Shown: piece by piece, positions 19,456-29,751 of the stretch
Layout of the letters: each line of letters opens with the position of its first letter
Numbering within the stretch: position 1 is the first letter of the stretch
Assembly (NCBI GenBank): GCA_963805085.1
Contig: CAWDTA010000002.1
Coordinates: 416,001 to 480,000, forward strand
Direction: 5' to 3'
From: an uncultured Veillonellaceae bacterium
GTDB lineage: Bacteria > Bacillota > Negativicutes > JARBTT01
DNA: 64,000 bases
The notes under the pieces: model-generated
Database searches by the model: none
Seen by the model: only the letters and a program-made list of their open reading frames with translations
Told to the model about the DNA's origin: nothing
Translations under genes and position numbers: made by a program

Positions 19456-20364
19456 ATGTATATAGTATATGGTTTGATGTGTCTGATTTTTGGCACGACG
19501 TTTTTGGCAATAAAAGTTGGAATTGACGCTGGTGCATCACCTTTTTTGTTTGCGGGCACCAGATTTTTCTTTGCGGGAATTGTCGTATTACTTGCTGTTA
19601 AATTATTACATGGTGAAATTGGTCTAAAAACAGGCAAACGCATTGATGTTTTGCTTGTTGGTATATTTATGACGACTGTTATGTTTGGCTGTTTATACTG
19701 GGGAGAACGCCATATCTCATCAAGTATTGCAGCATTGTTAGCCGCAACTACACCAATTATGATTGGTCTTGTAGAATGGTTTGAGGGAAATCGAGAAGGT
19801 AGCTCTATCAAAGGTTGTGGCTTACTGATCTCCTTTATCGGGGTCGGTATTGCCGTACTTCCTGCGCTAGGCGCTACTGTAACGAAAGAAGCATTAATGG
19901 CGGTAATTGTAATACTCGCCGCTGAAGTTGGTAACGTTTATGGTATCATAACGGCAAAAAGAGTTTTAGCTACTGGCGTAAACCCCTTCGTACTGAATGG
20001 CTGGCAGATGCTAGTTGGCGGAGCCTTTTTAATCCTTTTATCTATGGGTACAGAACCAGCGGAATTTGTGATGAACGAGAATGTACTGGTTTCATGGGCT
20101 TATCTTGTTGTCTTTGGTTCACTTGTTGGGCACGGCTCTTATTACTGGTTGGTCAATCGTGCAGGCCCTTTACTCCCATCAACATGGACCTATGTCTCAC
20201 CAGTTATTGCCCAATTTATTGGCTACTACGTCCTGTCAGAATATTTATCAGGCTATTCATTCATCGGGCTAAGTTTGGTTTTATGGGGTGTATTTTTAGT
20301 TAGTAGAGCTGTGACATTAAGAAACTGGTTAAAAAAGCTATTACAAAGTTTAGCAGCTTCTTAG
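19456..20364 (+). CDS. EamA/DMT transporter divergent from MocR
   Basis: IFGTTFLAIK...PFLFAGTRF, YLVVFGS, YVSPVIA. Confidence 0.88.
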   Translation: MYIVYGLMCLIFGTTFLAIKVGIDAGASPFLFAGTRFFFAGIVVLLAVKLLHGEIGLKTGKRIDVLLVGIFMTTVMFGCLYWGERHISSSIAALLAATTPIMIGLVEWFEGNREGSSIKGCGLLISFIGVGIAVLPALGATVTKEALMAVIVILAAEVGNVYGIITAKRVLATGVNPFVLNGWQMLVGGAFLILLSMGTEPAEFVMNENVLVSWAYLVVFGSLVGHGSYYWLVNRAGPLLPSTWTYVSPVIAQFIGYYVLSEYLSGYSFIGLSLVLWGVFLVSRAVTLRNWLKKLLQSLAAS

Positions 20365-20508
20365 AATAAATATGTTATAAGAATTGTAATACGTTAAAAG
20401 CAACTTTCTGTAATGAATATAAGTTGCTACAACCAAAGGTTTGATTGCAGTTCCTTTCTATCTATTGTAAAATAACTGCATGTGAACATTTAAAAAGTGA
20501 GGTATATT

Positions 20509-21147
20509 ATGAAGGCTGTTATATTTGATATGGATGGAGTCATCATTGATAGTGAACCAATCAACACTGGTCTTTCGATCAAAACTGTTGCCCATTTTGG
20601 CAGTAGCATTACCAGTGAGGAAATGGAAAAATATGCTGGATCAACGATGAAAATTATTTATTCTAGTATTAAGGAAGTTAAGCACCTTGCTGCCCCAGTA
20701 GAAGAAATCATTGCTTATATGCAAGCAAGTATGCTCAGAAATTTATCCGAAGAAGATATTGAACCAATTGAAGGTATCCGTGAATTACTTATTGCCTTAA
20801 AAGCAAAAAATATTCCCACAGCAATTGCTTCTTCTTCGCCAAAAAACTTAATTGAGGCTGTTGTTGAAAAATTTAAATTACAAGAGTATTTTACTTATCT
20901 TGTCAGTGGCAATGAGGTAAAGCACAGCAAACCAGATCCAGAGATTTACCTTGTAACAGCTGAAAAACTAGGTGTTGCTCCTAGCGATTGTGTCGTCATT
21001 GAAGACTCAAAAAATGGGGTAAATGCCGCGAAAAATGCTGGCATGACTTGTATCGGCTTTAGAAATCTAAATTCCGGTAAACAGGATATCTCTCGCGCCG
21101 ATGTCATTGTCGATGCGATTACTGAAATTGACCTAAGCAAATTTTAA
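20509..21147 (+). CDS. HAD-IA phosphatase (beta-PGM/CbbY-like), copy 1
   Basis: FDMDGVIIDSE, ASSS, KPDPEIY, VIEDS. Confidence 0.9.
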   Translation: MKAVIFDMDGVIIDSEPINTGLSIKTVAHFGSSITSEEMEKYAGSTMKIIYSSIKEVKHLAAPVEEIIAYMQASMLRNLSEEDIEPIEGIRELLIALKAKNIPTAIASSSPKNLIEAVVEKFKLQEYFTYLVSGNEVKHSKPDPEIYLVTAEKLGVAPSDCVVIEDSKNGVNAAKNAGMTCIGFRNLNSGKQDISRADVIVDAITEIDLSKF

Positions 21148-21176
21148 TCCTATATATTTTTAAGGGAGGGAAATTA

Positions 21177-21815
21177 ATGAAAGCTGTCATTTTTGATTTG
21201 GATGGTGTGATTATTGATAGTGAACCACTCTATCTAAAGATTAATATAAAAACGTTGAACCATTATGATATCACCGCTTCCGAGGAAGATTTTAATCAAT
21301 TTGTTGGTATGACGGATGTCGGTGTATTCACTACCTTAAAAGAAAAATATCAGTTTCCTTATACAATAGAAGAAATGCTTGCTTATCATAGCGAACTTGT
21401 TTGGGATACTTTTAATCATTTAGAAGCTGAACCAATCGAAGATATCCGTAATCTATTACAAACCTTAAAAGATCATCATATTCCCACAGCTGTTGCATCT
21501 TCTTCGCCAAAAAAGATCATCAATGTAATTCTCAGTAAATTTGAACTTGATGACTATTTTAAGCTGATTGTCAGCGGCCAAGAAGTATCTCATGGGAAAC
21601 CCGCCCCAGATATTTTCCTTGAAACCGCAAAAAGACTGCATGTTGCCCCAGCTGACTGTGTTGTTATCGAAGACTCTAAAAACGGCACCATTGCAGCAAA
21701 AAAAGCTGGTATGGAATGTATCGGCTTTCAGAATTTAAATTCTGGTAACCAAGATTTAAGCATCGCTGATGTAATTGTTGACTCAATTGCAGAAATAGAT
21801 CTTTTAAATTTATAA
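21177..21815 (+). CDS. HAD-IA phosphatase, copy 2
   Basis: FDLDGVIIDSE, ASSS, KPAPDIF, VIEDS; paralog of the preceding gene. Confidence 0.9.
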   Translation: MKAVIFDLDGVIIDSEPLYLKINIKTLNHYDITASEEDFNQFVGMTDVGVFTTLKEKYQFPYTIEEMLAYHSELVWDTFNHLEAEPIEDIRNLLQTLKDHHIPTAVASSSPKKIINVILSKFELDDYFKLIVSGQEVSHGKPAPDIFLETAKRLHVAPADCVVIEDSKNGTIAAKKAGMECIGFQNLNSGNQDLSIADVIVDSIAEIDLLNL

Positions 21816-21828
21816 ATTATCGAAAGCA

Positions 21829-21872
21829 AAAACTAGGTTATTTACAAACTTTACTGTAAGTAACCTAGTTTT
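21829..21872 (+). terminator. Terminator after the HAD pair
   Basis: AAAACTAGGTTATTTACA / TGTAAGTAACCTAGTTTT. Confidence 0.75.
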
Positions 21873-21922
21873 AATTTCATTGACTATGAAATTATCCTAT
21901 ACTATGATTAATTTTATAAAAG

Positions 21923-22043
21923 AGACTGTTACAAAATACCCATCTGCGTTGTTTCTCCTGCGAGCACTCACTCAACGTACTACATCGTACGCCCTCGCTC
22001 GCGTTCTCGCCCTTCCTAGCATTTGGGCATCTTGCAACAGTCT
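21923..22043. mobile_element. MITE-like palindromic element with ~25-bp imperfect terminal inverted repeats
   Basis: Left end AGACTGTTACAAAATACCCATCTGC vs reverse complement of right end AGACTGTTGCAAGATGCCCAAATGC; GC-rich core with CGTAC..GTACG; no transposase. Confidence 0.65.
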
Positions 22044-22105
22044 TTTGAAATTTAAGGTTGTGTGTTTTTTGAAACACACTCTAATATTAAAGAAAGTAGA
22101 TTATC

Positions 22106-23011
22106 ATGATGATAGAAAATAATCCACCAAATCAGCGTAACAAAGGAATATTTCTCGTATTATTCGGAGCCACGCTCTGGGGTGCCTCAGGCGTTGTTGC
22201 TCAATATTTATTTCATACGAAACTGCTCACGCCTGAATGGCTCGTTGTCGTCCGCCTTTTATCTTCGGGACTTTTATTACTTGCCTATGATTTTATAAAA
22301 AACCGTGACAGTATTTTTTATATTTGGAAAATAAAGCGCGACCGCAACCAATTGCTTTTTTTTAGCGTTTTCGGGATGCTCGGCGTACAGTATACCTATT
22401 TTGCTGCCATCAGCTATGGCAACGCAGCAACCGCAACTATTTTGCAATATTTAATGCCAGTAATCATTGTTTGTTATTTTGCCGTACGTTATAAAAAACG
22501 GCCGAATGGTTTAGAACTCATCTCTATTTTTTTGGCAATGCTCGGCACCTGCCTCCTTGTAACCAAAGGTGATTTTTCGAATCTTGCCATTTCTCCACTC
22601 GCTTTATTTTGGGGAATTGCCTCGGCTTTCGGTGCCGCTTTTTATACCGTACAACCGAGATATCTGCTTAGTCATTGGCGCTCCCCCCTCGTAATCGGCT
22701 GGGGGATGTTCGTTGGTGGAATCGTGATGAGCCCAGTGAATCCACCTTGGGAATTCACTGGTATTTGGGATATGAATGCCTTACTCGGGATTCTATTTAT
22801 TATCTTATTTGGCACCATTATCGCCTTTTACGCCTACCTTGAAAGCATTAAATACATTCTACCCACTGAGACCGGCACACTTGCATCCGTGGAACCACTC
22901 GCCGCAGTTATTCTTTCGATTTATTGTCTAAGTACGCCATTTGGCCTAATCGACCTCATCGGCGGCTTATCCATTATGACAACAGTATTCCTCTTGGCTA
23001 GAGCAAAATGA
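22106..23011 (+). CDS. EamA/DMT transporter (YicL-like)
   Basis: GATLWGASGVVAQYLF, VQYTYFAAI..GNAATATILQYLMP, LASVEPL. Confidence 0.88.
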   Translation: MMIENNPPNQRNKGIFLVLFGATLWGASGVVAQYLFHTKLLTPEWLVVVRLLSSGLLLLAYDFIKNRDSIFYIWKIKRDRNQLLFFSVFGMLGVQYTYFAAISYGNAATATILQYLMPVIIVCYFAVRYKKRPNGLELISIFLAMLGTCLLVTKGDFSNLAISPLALFWGIASAFGAAFYTVQPRYLLSHWRSPLVIGWGMFVGGIVMSPVNPPWEFTGIWDMNALLGILFIILFGTIIAFYAYLESIKYILPTETGTLASVEPLAAVILSIYCLSTPFGLIDLIGGLSIMTTVFLLARAK

Positions 23012-23050
23012 CCGTTCTCCTGCCAATAAACTCTCTTGCTTAGAAAACTG

Positions 23051-23863
23051 CTATTTTACAGAATCTTTCATATAACTCCGCGGTGTTATTCCCATCATTT
23101 TTTTAAAAACATTAGAAAAATGACTTTGATCTGAAAAACCTAAGGTGGTTGCAATGCCAGCAATATTATTCCCTTGTAATAGCATTTCTTTCGCCGCACG
23201 AATTCTAACCTGCTGTTGATACATATGCGGAGGTATCCCTATAGTGTTCGTAAAAACACGAATAAAATAATATGGACTTAAGCAGGCAATCTTCGCCAAA
23301 GCACTTAAGGTAAAATTTTTTTTGTAGTGTGTATCAATAAATTGTTTCACCTTATCTACCGCTTCTTTTTGTTGATACTGCATCGTGATTGGTTCAATAA
23401 ATAAAGTACATTCATTGATGATATCTCCCAAAATTTTAACCAGCATCGATTGTTTTAAAAATTCACTTTCTTTCGATATTAAAAGTTGTTCTAATTCCAA
23501 CATTTTCTCATAATGGCTATTATTTTCTAAAATTACTTTGTTAAACTTATAATTTCTCGACGGTAATATCATCTGTAATAGCTTTTTTGAAACCATAAAT
23601 GATGAGTAACTACACCCCGCTTCATTAGAAATAAACGAATGAGAAGTCTTCGGAGGAATAATAAATATATTACCAGCTACAATTTGATATTGGCTCCCCT
23701 GACAACTCAAACTACGCTTACCATCTTTAACGATACCTAAACATAAGCTTCGATGTGTATGTCTTGAAAAATCGTGTTGAATATTGTTACCAGAAACGAC
23801 TTCTACACCTATTGTTTTAGTAAAATCAAAAAAATAGATTTTCCCCGTTTCTCTCTGTTTCAT
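23051..23863 (-). CDS. AraC family transcriptional regulator
   Basis: Cupin FSRHTH; LSPYYFIRVF...GIPPH; GFSDQSHFSNVFKKMMGITP. Confidence 0.9.
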   Translation of the reverse strand: MKQRETGKIYFFDFTKTIGVEVVSGNNIQHDFSRHTHRSLCLGIVKDGKRSLSCQGSQYQIVAGNIFIIPPKTSHSFISNEAGCSYSSFMVSKKLLQMILPSRNYKFNKVILENNSHYEKMLELEQLLISKESEFLKQSMLVKILGDIINECTLFIEPITMQYQQKEAVDKVKQFIDTHYKKNFTLSALAKIACLSPYYFIRVFTNTIGIPPHMYQQQVRIRAAKEMLLQGNNIAGIATTLGFSDQSHFSNVFKKMMGITPRSYMKDSVK

Positions 23864-23986
23864 TTTTCATTCCCTCTATACAAAAATAAAACCAACCAAG
23901 TATACTTTCTATACTTCCGGTTGGTTTTTATTATTCGTAACTATTCAGAAAATTCCTGCATTAGTTAGTTGTTTTTTACAATAATA

Positions 23987-24799
23987 TTAAAAGAAATATT
24001 TTTCAATCGCATATGCAATGCCATCTTCATCATTTGATTTAGTTATATACTTTGCAGCTTGTTTTACTTCCGGTTCGGCATTTTCCATAGCAAAGGAATA
24101 CCCAGCAAGGTCCATCATGCTAATATCATTGTGGTGATCACCGAATACCGCTATTCTATCAAGTGCAAAATGATATTTTTCAGCTATAACGCTTAAAGCA
24201 ATGCCTTTACTTACCTCTTTAGCAGCGATATCCAACCCACCTTTCTCCGATGAAATAAAGGTCATTTTCTCATCAGTATTATATCGTTGTTTGATTTTAA
24301 CAACTTCTTCTTCGGAAAGTTGCCAAATAAACATTTTTAATACTTGAGTAAGCGGTAAATCCTCGACTGTTTCCATCATGTGAATCGGTATTTTGAACTC
24401 TGGCGCCATCGCCATATTATACTCATGAAAAAAACTCACCCGTTTACTATTTGCTGAACAAAACATACTATCGCAAACACTTGCAGTAAAATCATATGCA
24501 TTAGAAAAACAATAGCTAGCGATTTCTTCTACAAACTCTTTTGGCATAAATTTATGATATAAAACTTCATTGGTAATTGGACTGCGAATCAAAGCTCCAT
24601 TACAAGCAATAATGGGTTCGGTTATCCCAATTTTCATCGCCAGCCCTTTGACGTAAACATCATTTCTTCCTGTCGCTAGCACAACCTTTACACCATGCTT
24701 TTTTAGTTTTTGCAATGCTTGCAAATTGGCACTGCTTACTTCTTTACTAGAATTAAGCAAAGTACCATCAAGATCAAATACACAACAATCAATCTTCAT
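23987..24799 (-). CDS. Cof-type HAD-IIB phosphatase
   Basis: FDLDGTLL, LATGR, CNGA, SKG, FGDHHNDISM, SNDEDGIA. Confidence 0.9.
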   Translation of the reverse strand: MKIDCCVFDLDGTLLNSSKEVSSANLQALQKLKKHGVKVVLATGRNDVYVKGLAMKIGITEPIIACNGALIRSPITNEVLYHKFMPKEFVEEIASYCFSNAYDFTASVCDSMFCSANSKRVSFFHEYNMAMAPEFKIPIHMMETVEDLPLTQVLKMFIWQLSEEEVVKIKQRYNTDEKMTFISSEKGGLDIAAKEVSKGIALSVIAEKYHFALDRIAVFGDHHNDISMMDLAGYSFAMENAEPEVKQAAKYITKSNDEDGIAYAIEKYFF

Positions 24800-24823
24800 T
24801 TTTATCGACCTCATTCAATAAAG

Positions 24824-27652
24824 TTACAATTCATCTTTTACTACATTATTCTTCATTGGTAAACTGCTTAAAAAATAACAGATTTCAGCATCTGATACTT
24901 CGAGCAATAATTTAACGCCCTCACCTTGTACAATCTTTTTCAAGTATAAGAATTCGCTTTGCCGTTCAATTTGTATTTGCTCACTCCAGTCTGGTGTTTG
25001 CAATGCTTGATTGGCATGAATTCTATCGAACATACATGCTGCATGTAGATAAATACGAATCGTAGCATCCTGCGTTATCATTCCATCAAAAAATACTTGT
25101 GATATTTTTTCTACAAGATTTTTACAACAGAGACTTACCTGTTTCACCGATAAACTTTTTACAAATTTACTTAGTTGCCCTGCTAACAATTCATAGACAT
25201 CTAGCACGGCTATCTCCTGCTTATTTGGCAGTTCGCCATCAAGTGAATCTGCACTTAATAAGGTTTCAATCTGTTTTAATCCTTCTGTAGAAAATAACTC
25301 AATCACATGGATGAAGGGAACCGTTTCGATCTTCGGATCAATACTGCCAACGATTAATTGTAATTCATTGCCTAGTTTTTTCTTGATTTCTTCCACATCA
25401 CTCATGGCTCCAGCAGTAATAAAATGCATTCCTTTCATCATTGGAACATTGCTCAATAAAATTTCTTTGATCTTGGTCGCAACACCTTCGCCACTCGCAC
25501 AGGTAACCAAAATGGTGCCTTTTGCCTCCACAGTATGATTCGTATGATGCCTTCGCTGACGTAATGTCATCATATAATCATCATAAGCATGATAAATATT
25601 AGCCACTGCCTGCTCTAAGTTTTCATCTGTTGTTAGAACGCGTCTGCCTGTTTCCAATACCAATGCTGTCGTCACATTTGGAATAATTCTGATTGGTATA
25701 TTTGTTTCTTTGACCAGCATATTTTCCATCGTGACCAAAAATCCCATATCCACCAGTAAAATGACACCACTGCCTTGATTATTTTTTAAAATAACCTCTT
25801 GCAATTCTTTCACTGTTTGCGCATTACTTCTATTTAATGGAATATCATAAGCTTTTACATGATCAGTCCCCAGTAAATTATTAGCAACCTCTGCCATACT
25901 TTGCGCTGTTCCTCGCCCATGTGCTGCAATGACCATTCCAATCCTCGGTTTCAAGAGGTCATTGGAACCGTGAATTAAAAACATAGCAATAAAACCCAAC
26001 TCATCTGGTGATATTTTAATTTCAAGTCTGTTAGATAACATCTCTATATTATCTACTACTACTTGAAAATCTGTTTCATGCTCTGTTTTAATCATTTTTA
26101 GATTTGGATTATAAATAACTCGCCCAGAAATAACACGTTCTTTAAATTGTTGTAAATGGAGCGCCAATGCAACCAATGTTTTTCTGCCGTATTTTCGTTT
26201 AAGCTTACTGGCTGCATCATTTAATAAATCATTTGCTGTTTCCCATATGCTTTGGTCTATAATACTAATTGGCATATCAGCTGCATCTGCTTTTGATAAA
26301 GATTGCGCTACCGAACCAAAATATTTTTCTAAATCTTTACTAACTTGTAATTCCACTGCTTCATCAGACATGTTCATTTTACGATAACTGCTAATTTTTT
26401 TATCTACATAGCCATATAAATCACTATGCAAATCATAATCATTGACTCCCCCATGCATAATCAATTGTCCATCAGGCTCAATAAAGATTCCTTCTTTAAA
26501 TAGTTTATTAATCGAACTATCAAGTACAGTTTGATTTCTCACCATAGAGAAAACACGCTGCGGGATCGTTTCAACATCTACAATTAATTTATCATGAGAA
26601 GTTGCCAAGCAAGATAAATAGCTTTTTGCACAACATAATTGCAAGTCATTACGCAATTCCCCAATATTAGCTGGACAGTTATAATGTGTAAACGTTTCTA
26701 AGGCTTGACCTGAAACTAAAATAGGTATTCCTAGCCGAATTGCTTCTTGGCGTACAAAATGAATAATCAAATGAATTCTTTCACTGACAGGTCGTTCACT
26801 AATCCTTGGCAAAGTAATTTGTACAGGAATCCTTCTCCGGAAGGTCATCAATAGCGAACTTGAAATATCTTCTGAAGTAGCACCAATAATCATCAATTGC
26901 GCTTTTCTTTCTTCGCGTGTTTCTCCTAGACGGCGATAAATTCCCTTGTCAACCAACATAAATAATAGTTCTTGCCCCGTTGAAGGCAATCGATGAATTT
27001 CATCTAAAAATAAAATTCCACCTTTTGCCCGATCTACCACGCCTTCATGATCTTCATTGGCACCTGTAAATGCACCTTTTACATAACCAAATAACTGCGC
27101 CAGTAAAAGCTGCGCATTATCGGCATAATCGGCACAACAAAAGGTAACAAAGGGTACCACTTTTCCATGTTGCTCTACACTTGCCCACATTTCTTTTGCA
27201 TAATCCCACATCGCTTCTGCCAATAAATTTTTACCAACACCACTTTCACCACAAATCAATGTATGTAATCCATTAGGCGGGTATACAATTGCCGCTTTTG
27301 CCAATTCAATTTGCGCTTTGATACTGCCTTCACTGCCAACAATCCCAGCGAAAGCCATTGGTTTTTCTTTAGTTAAAGTTTTCTTTAAATTCCGACTTTT
27401 TTCATTAAAATGTATCTCTACCTTACTATCACGCTTCATCTTTTGAGCACTTTTACCGACCGCATAATACAATACCGGTCTAGTACCCATTTTTTTTATG
27501 CATCCTAATTTATATAATTTATTAAGATCTGCCGATGCATCACTACGATGAATATCAAGTTCCAGTGCTACTGTAGCTGCATTAACACCCTTTTTAGCCA
27601 TTTCATCCGTACAGTTCTCCACGTACTCCATTACCCTATCAATTCTAGCCAT
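24824..27652 (-). CDS. LevR/DgaR-type sigma54 activator with PRD and EIIA/EIIB domains
   Basis: GESGVGKN, GAFTGA, LDEIH, PRD (LALHL), EIIA-Man (AAHGRGTA), EIIB (TCASGEG), second PRD (YLHAAC). Confidence 0.9.
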   Translation of the reverse strand: MARIDRVMEYVENCTDEMAKKGVNAATVALELDIHRSDASADLNKLYKLGCIKKMGTRPVLYYAVGKSAQKMKRDSKVEIHFNEKSRNLKKTLTKEKPMAFAGIVGSEGSIKAQIELAKAAIVYPPNGLHTLICGESGVGKNLLAEAMWDYAKEMWASVEQHGKVVPFVTFCCADYADNAQLLLAQLFGYVKGAFTGANEDHEGVVDRAKGGILFLDEIHRLPSTGQELLFMLVDKGIYRRLGETREERKAQLMIIGATSEDISSSLLMTFRRRIPVQITLPRISERPVSERIHLIIHFVRQEAIRLGIPILVSGQALETFTHYNCPANIGELRNDLQLCCAKSYLSCLATSHDKLIVDVETIPQRVFSMVRNQTVLDSSINKLFKEGIFIEPDGQLIMHGGVNDYDLHSDLYGYVDKKISSYRKMNMSDEAVELQVSKDLEKYFGSVAQSLSKADAADMPISIIDQSIWETANDLLNDAASKLKRKYGRKTLVALALHLQQFKERVISGRVIYNPNLKMIKTEHETDFQVVVDNIEMLSNRLEIKISPDELGFIAMFLIHGSNDLLKPRIGMVIAAHGRGTAQSMAEVANNLLGTDHVKAYDIPLNRSNAQTVKELQEVILKNNQGSGVILLVDMGFLVTMENMLVKETNIPIRIIPNVTTALVLETGRRVLTTDENLEQAVANIYHAYDDYMMTLRQRRHHTNHTVEAKGTILVTCASGEGVATKIKEILLSNVPMMKGMHFITAGAMSDVEEIKKKLGNELQLIVGSIDPKIETVPFIHVIELFSTEGLKQIETLLSADSLDGELPNKQEIAVLDVYELLAGQLSKFVKSLSVKQVSLCCKNLVEKISQVFFDGMITQDATIRIYLHAACMFDRIHANQALQTPDWSEQIQIERQSEFLYLKKIVQGEGVKLLLEVSDAEICYFLSSLPMKNNVVKDEL

Positions 27653-27754
27653 TACCTGTACTCCTTAATTTTCTTTCGATGCAAAACTTCTATTTTCTTT
27701 ATAATTTAACATCGCAATATTTAATCCTGCCAAGGCATGTCTATTACCAATATT

Positions 27755-28804
27755 TTATTTATCATGTAAACTTATGCTATATTCTTCTGCTATCATCTCT
27801 AGCTCTCGTATTAATTCTTTCGAAAGCAAAATACCATTTTGTGTTAAATTCTTCTCTAATCGCTGTTCACGTTCACCAGGTAAGTATATTTCATTTACGC
27901 CTTCTGCTTTCTCTGTATTTTTAATCCCCTGACAAAACATTTCTACACGCGCATAATAGGATTCTAATGATAGAAATGCATCTGCTTTTATTAGAATAAA
28001 CAAATGTCCAACATTAGCTTCTTTTTGTCCATTCGCATAGGCCGCAACCTCTGGTCCAAACGCAGCATTCGTAAGTACACCGCTGAGAAGATCAACTGCC
28101 ATAGACAGCGCATAACCCTTAGGTCCTGCCATTGGTAAAATCATCCCTAATAAAGCTTCCTTCGGATCGGTGGTTGGTCGTCCTTTTTCGTCCATAGCCC
28201 AGCCTGTTGGTATCGTTATCCCCTTTTTTTCGGCGGAAATAATTTTACCACGAGCGACAATACTAGCTGCTAAATCCATAATAATTGGATCTTTATCCTT
28301 TCGGGGAAAGCCAAATGCAATTGGGTTTGTCCCTAAATAAGGTTTTTTACCACCCCAAGGGGCAAGCGCCGCTAACGAATTTGTCAATCCAATGCTAATG
28401 TAGTTTTGTTGTGCCGCAATATCACAATAAAATCCAGCCGCACCAAAATGATTGCTATTTTTTACCCCAACCGCACAGATACCAAATTTCTCAACTACTT
28501 GCATAGCCTCTTCTATTGCTCGGCTCATCACCACCGCACCAAGTCCATTATCACCATCTACCACGAGCAGTGCTGTCCATGGATTTTTTATCTCAATTTT
28601 AGGCATTGGATTTATTGTATTGTTCTTGATCCTCATAAGATATCTCGACAATCGACTAACACCATGCGTAGAAATGCCCCATAGTTCCGCTTTTAATAAA
28701 TTATCAGAAACTTTATGACTATCAGCTATTGGTACTCCAACTTTACAAAATGAACTAGCCATAAATTTCTTTAATTCTTCTTTAGAAAATATCATGTCAT
28801 TCAT
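27755..28804 (-). CDS. Ldh_2 (malate/L-lactate/sulfolactate/ureidoglycolate-type) oxidoreductase
   Basis: GISTHGVSRL, DGDNGLG, NSNHFGAAG, GTNPIAFG, GPKGYAL, YLPGE. Confidence 0.88.
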   Translation of the reverse strand: MNDMIFSKEELKKFMASSFCKVGVPIADSHKVSDNLLKAELWGISTHGVSRLSRYLMRIKNNTINPMPKIEIKNPWTALLVVDGDNGLGAVVMSRAIEEAMQVVEKFGICAVGVKNSNHFGAAGFYCDIAAQQNYISIGLTNSLAALAPWGGKKPYLGTNPIAFGFPRKDKDPIIMDLAASIVARGKIISAEKKGITIPTGWAMDEKGRPTTDPKEALLGMILPMAGPKGYALSMAVDLLSGVLTNAAFGPEVAAYANGQKEANVGHLFILIKADAFLSLESYYARVEMFCQGIKNTEKAEGVNEIYLPGEREQRLEKNLTQNGILLSKELIRELEMIAEEYSISLHDK

Positions 28805-28865
28805 AAAAATAACCTTCTCTCTAATTTTCACAAAGAATTACAGCTTGCAAATATACCATTATACA

Positions 28866-28908
28866 GCGGGCTAGTAATAATCAAAATAATTGATTATTAC
28901 TAGCCCGC
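28866..28908. other. 19-bp-stem intra-operon hairpin
   Basis: GCGGGCTAGTAATAATCAA / TTGATTATTACTAGCCCGC; no clear U-tract on the coding strand. Confidence 0.55.
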
Positions 28909-28920
28909 GTCATTTATATT

Positions 28921-29751
28921 TTATTTAATAAGCCCTAATGCTCCACCTGCTAATGCAAAAACAAACAACGCTAAGAGTACATTTACAACACGATACCCAC
29001 GCATAATTGCCTGCCAACTTACGATCGTAATTGCCAGTGGTAATGCTTTTGGTACAATTTTATCCATCATATCCTTGATTGCGATTTCCTTACCGCCTAA
29101 AACCGGCACCCAAGCAAAATCTACTGTGATAAACTTACATACCATAATTCCTAGAACAAACAAACCCATAATAGAAAAGAAAGTTGTTAGTTTTTTGAAC
29201 AATCCACCTTCTAAAATTGTAGTTACTGCCGAAGTACCTAATTGATACCCTTTTTTAATACTAAGTCTTGTAATCGTATAATCATAACCGAGCATTGCAC
29301 ACGCAAATACAAGTGGCCCCATAATGCTACCAGCAGCTGCCCAGCCTAAACAAATTCCGAGAACAACCGGTTTGTATAACGCACCGGAAATTGTATCACC
29401 GATACCAGCGAGCGGCCCCATTAAAGACGATTTCAAATCAATAATTGTAGATTCATCAATATCGCCACCTTTTGCTTTCTGCTCTTCCAGTGCAATAACA
29501 ATTCCATGAATTACCGCACCCCAGCGAGGTTCTGTATTAAAAAACATCATATGACGTTTTAAACCGGCAACCACTGCTTCCTGATTATTAGGATATAATT
29601 TTTTTAAAATCGGCCCCATCATGGATGCGAATCCACCAGCCTGCATTCTTTGATAGTTATAGGATAAATGGCTCATGATCCACCAACGGAAGATTGCAAA
29701 CTCAATATCCATTTTGGATAATCCCACTTCGGTTATTTTATTATCTGCCAT
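28921..29751 (-). CDS. PTS mannose/fructose/sorbose family IID
   Basis: YNYQRMQAGGF, FFNTEP, LMGPLAGIGDT. Confidence 0.92.
   Translation of the reverse strand: MADNKITEVGLSKMDIEFAIFRWWIMSHLSYNYQRMQAGGFASMMGPILKKLYPNNQEAVVAGLKRHMMFFNTEPRWGAVIHGIVIALEEQKAKGGDIDESTIIDLKSSLMGPLAGIGDTISGALYKPVVLGICLGWAAAGSIMGPLVFACAMLGYDYTITRLSIKKGYQLGTSAVTTILEGGLFKKLTTFFSIMGLFVLGIMVCKFITVDFAWVPVLGGKEIAIKDMMDKIVPKALPLAITIVSWQAIMRGYRVVNVLLALFVFALAGGALGLIK

Noticed and set aside
21880-22122. ORFs 21880-22122 (+) and 21892-22077 (-)
   Set aside because: They read through the palindromic element; no RBS or recognisable protein features
27722-27742. Sigma54 promoter-like TTGGCA...TTGC upstream of the PRD regulator
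   Set aside because: GG to GC spacing is 14 nt, not the required 10
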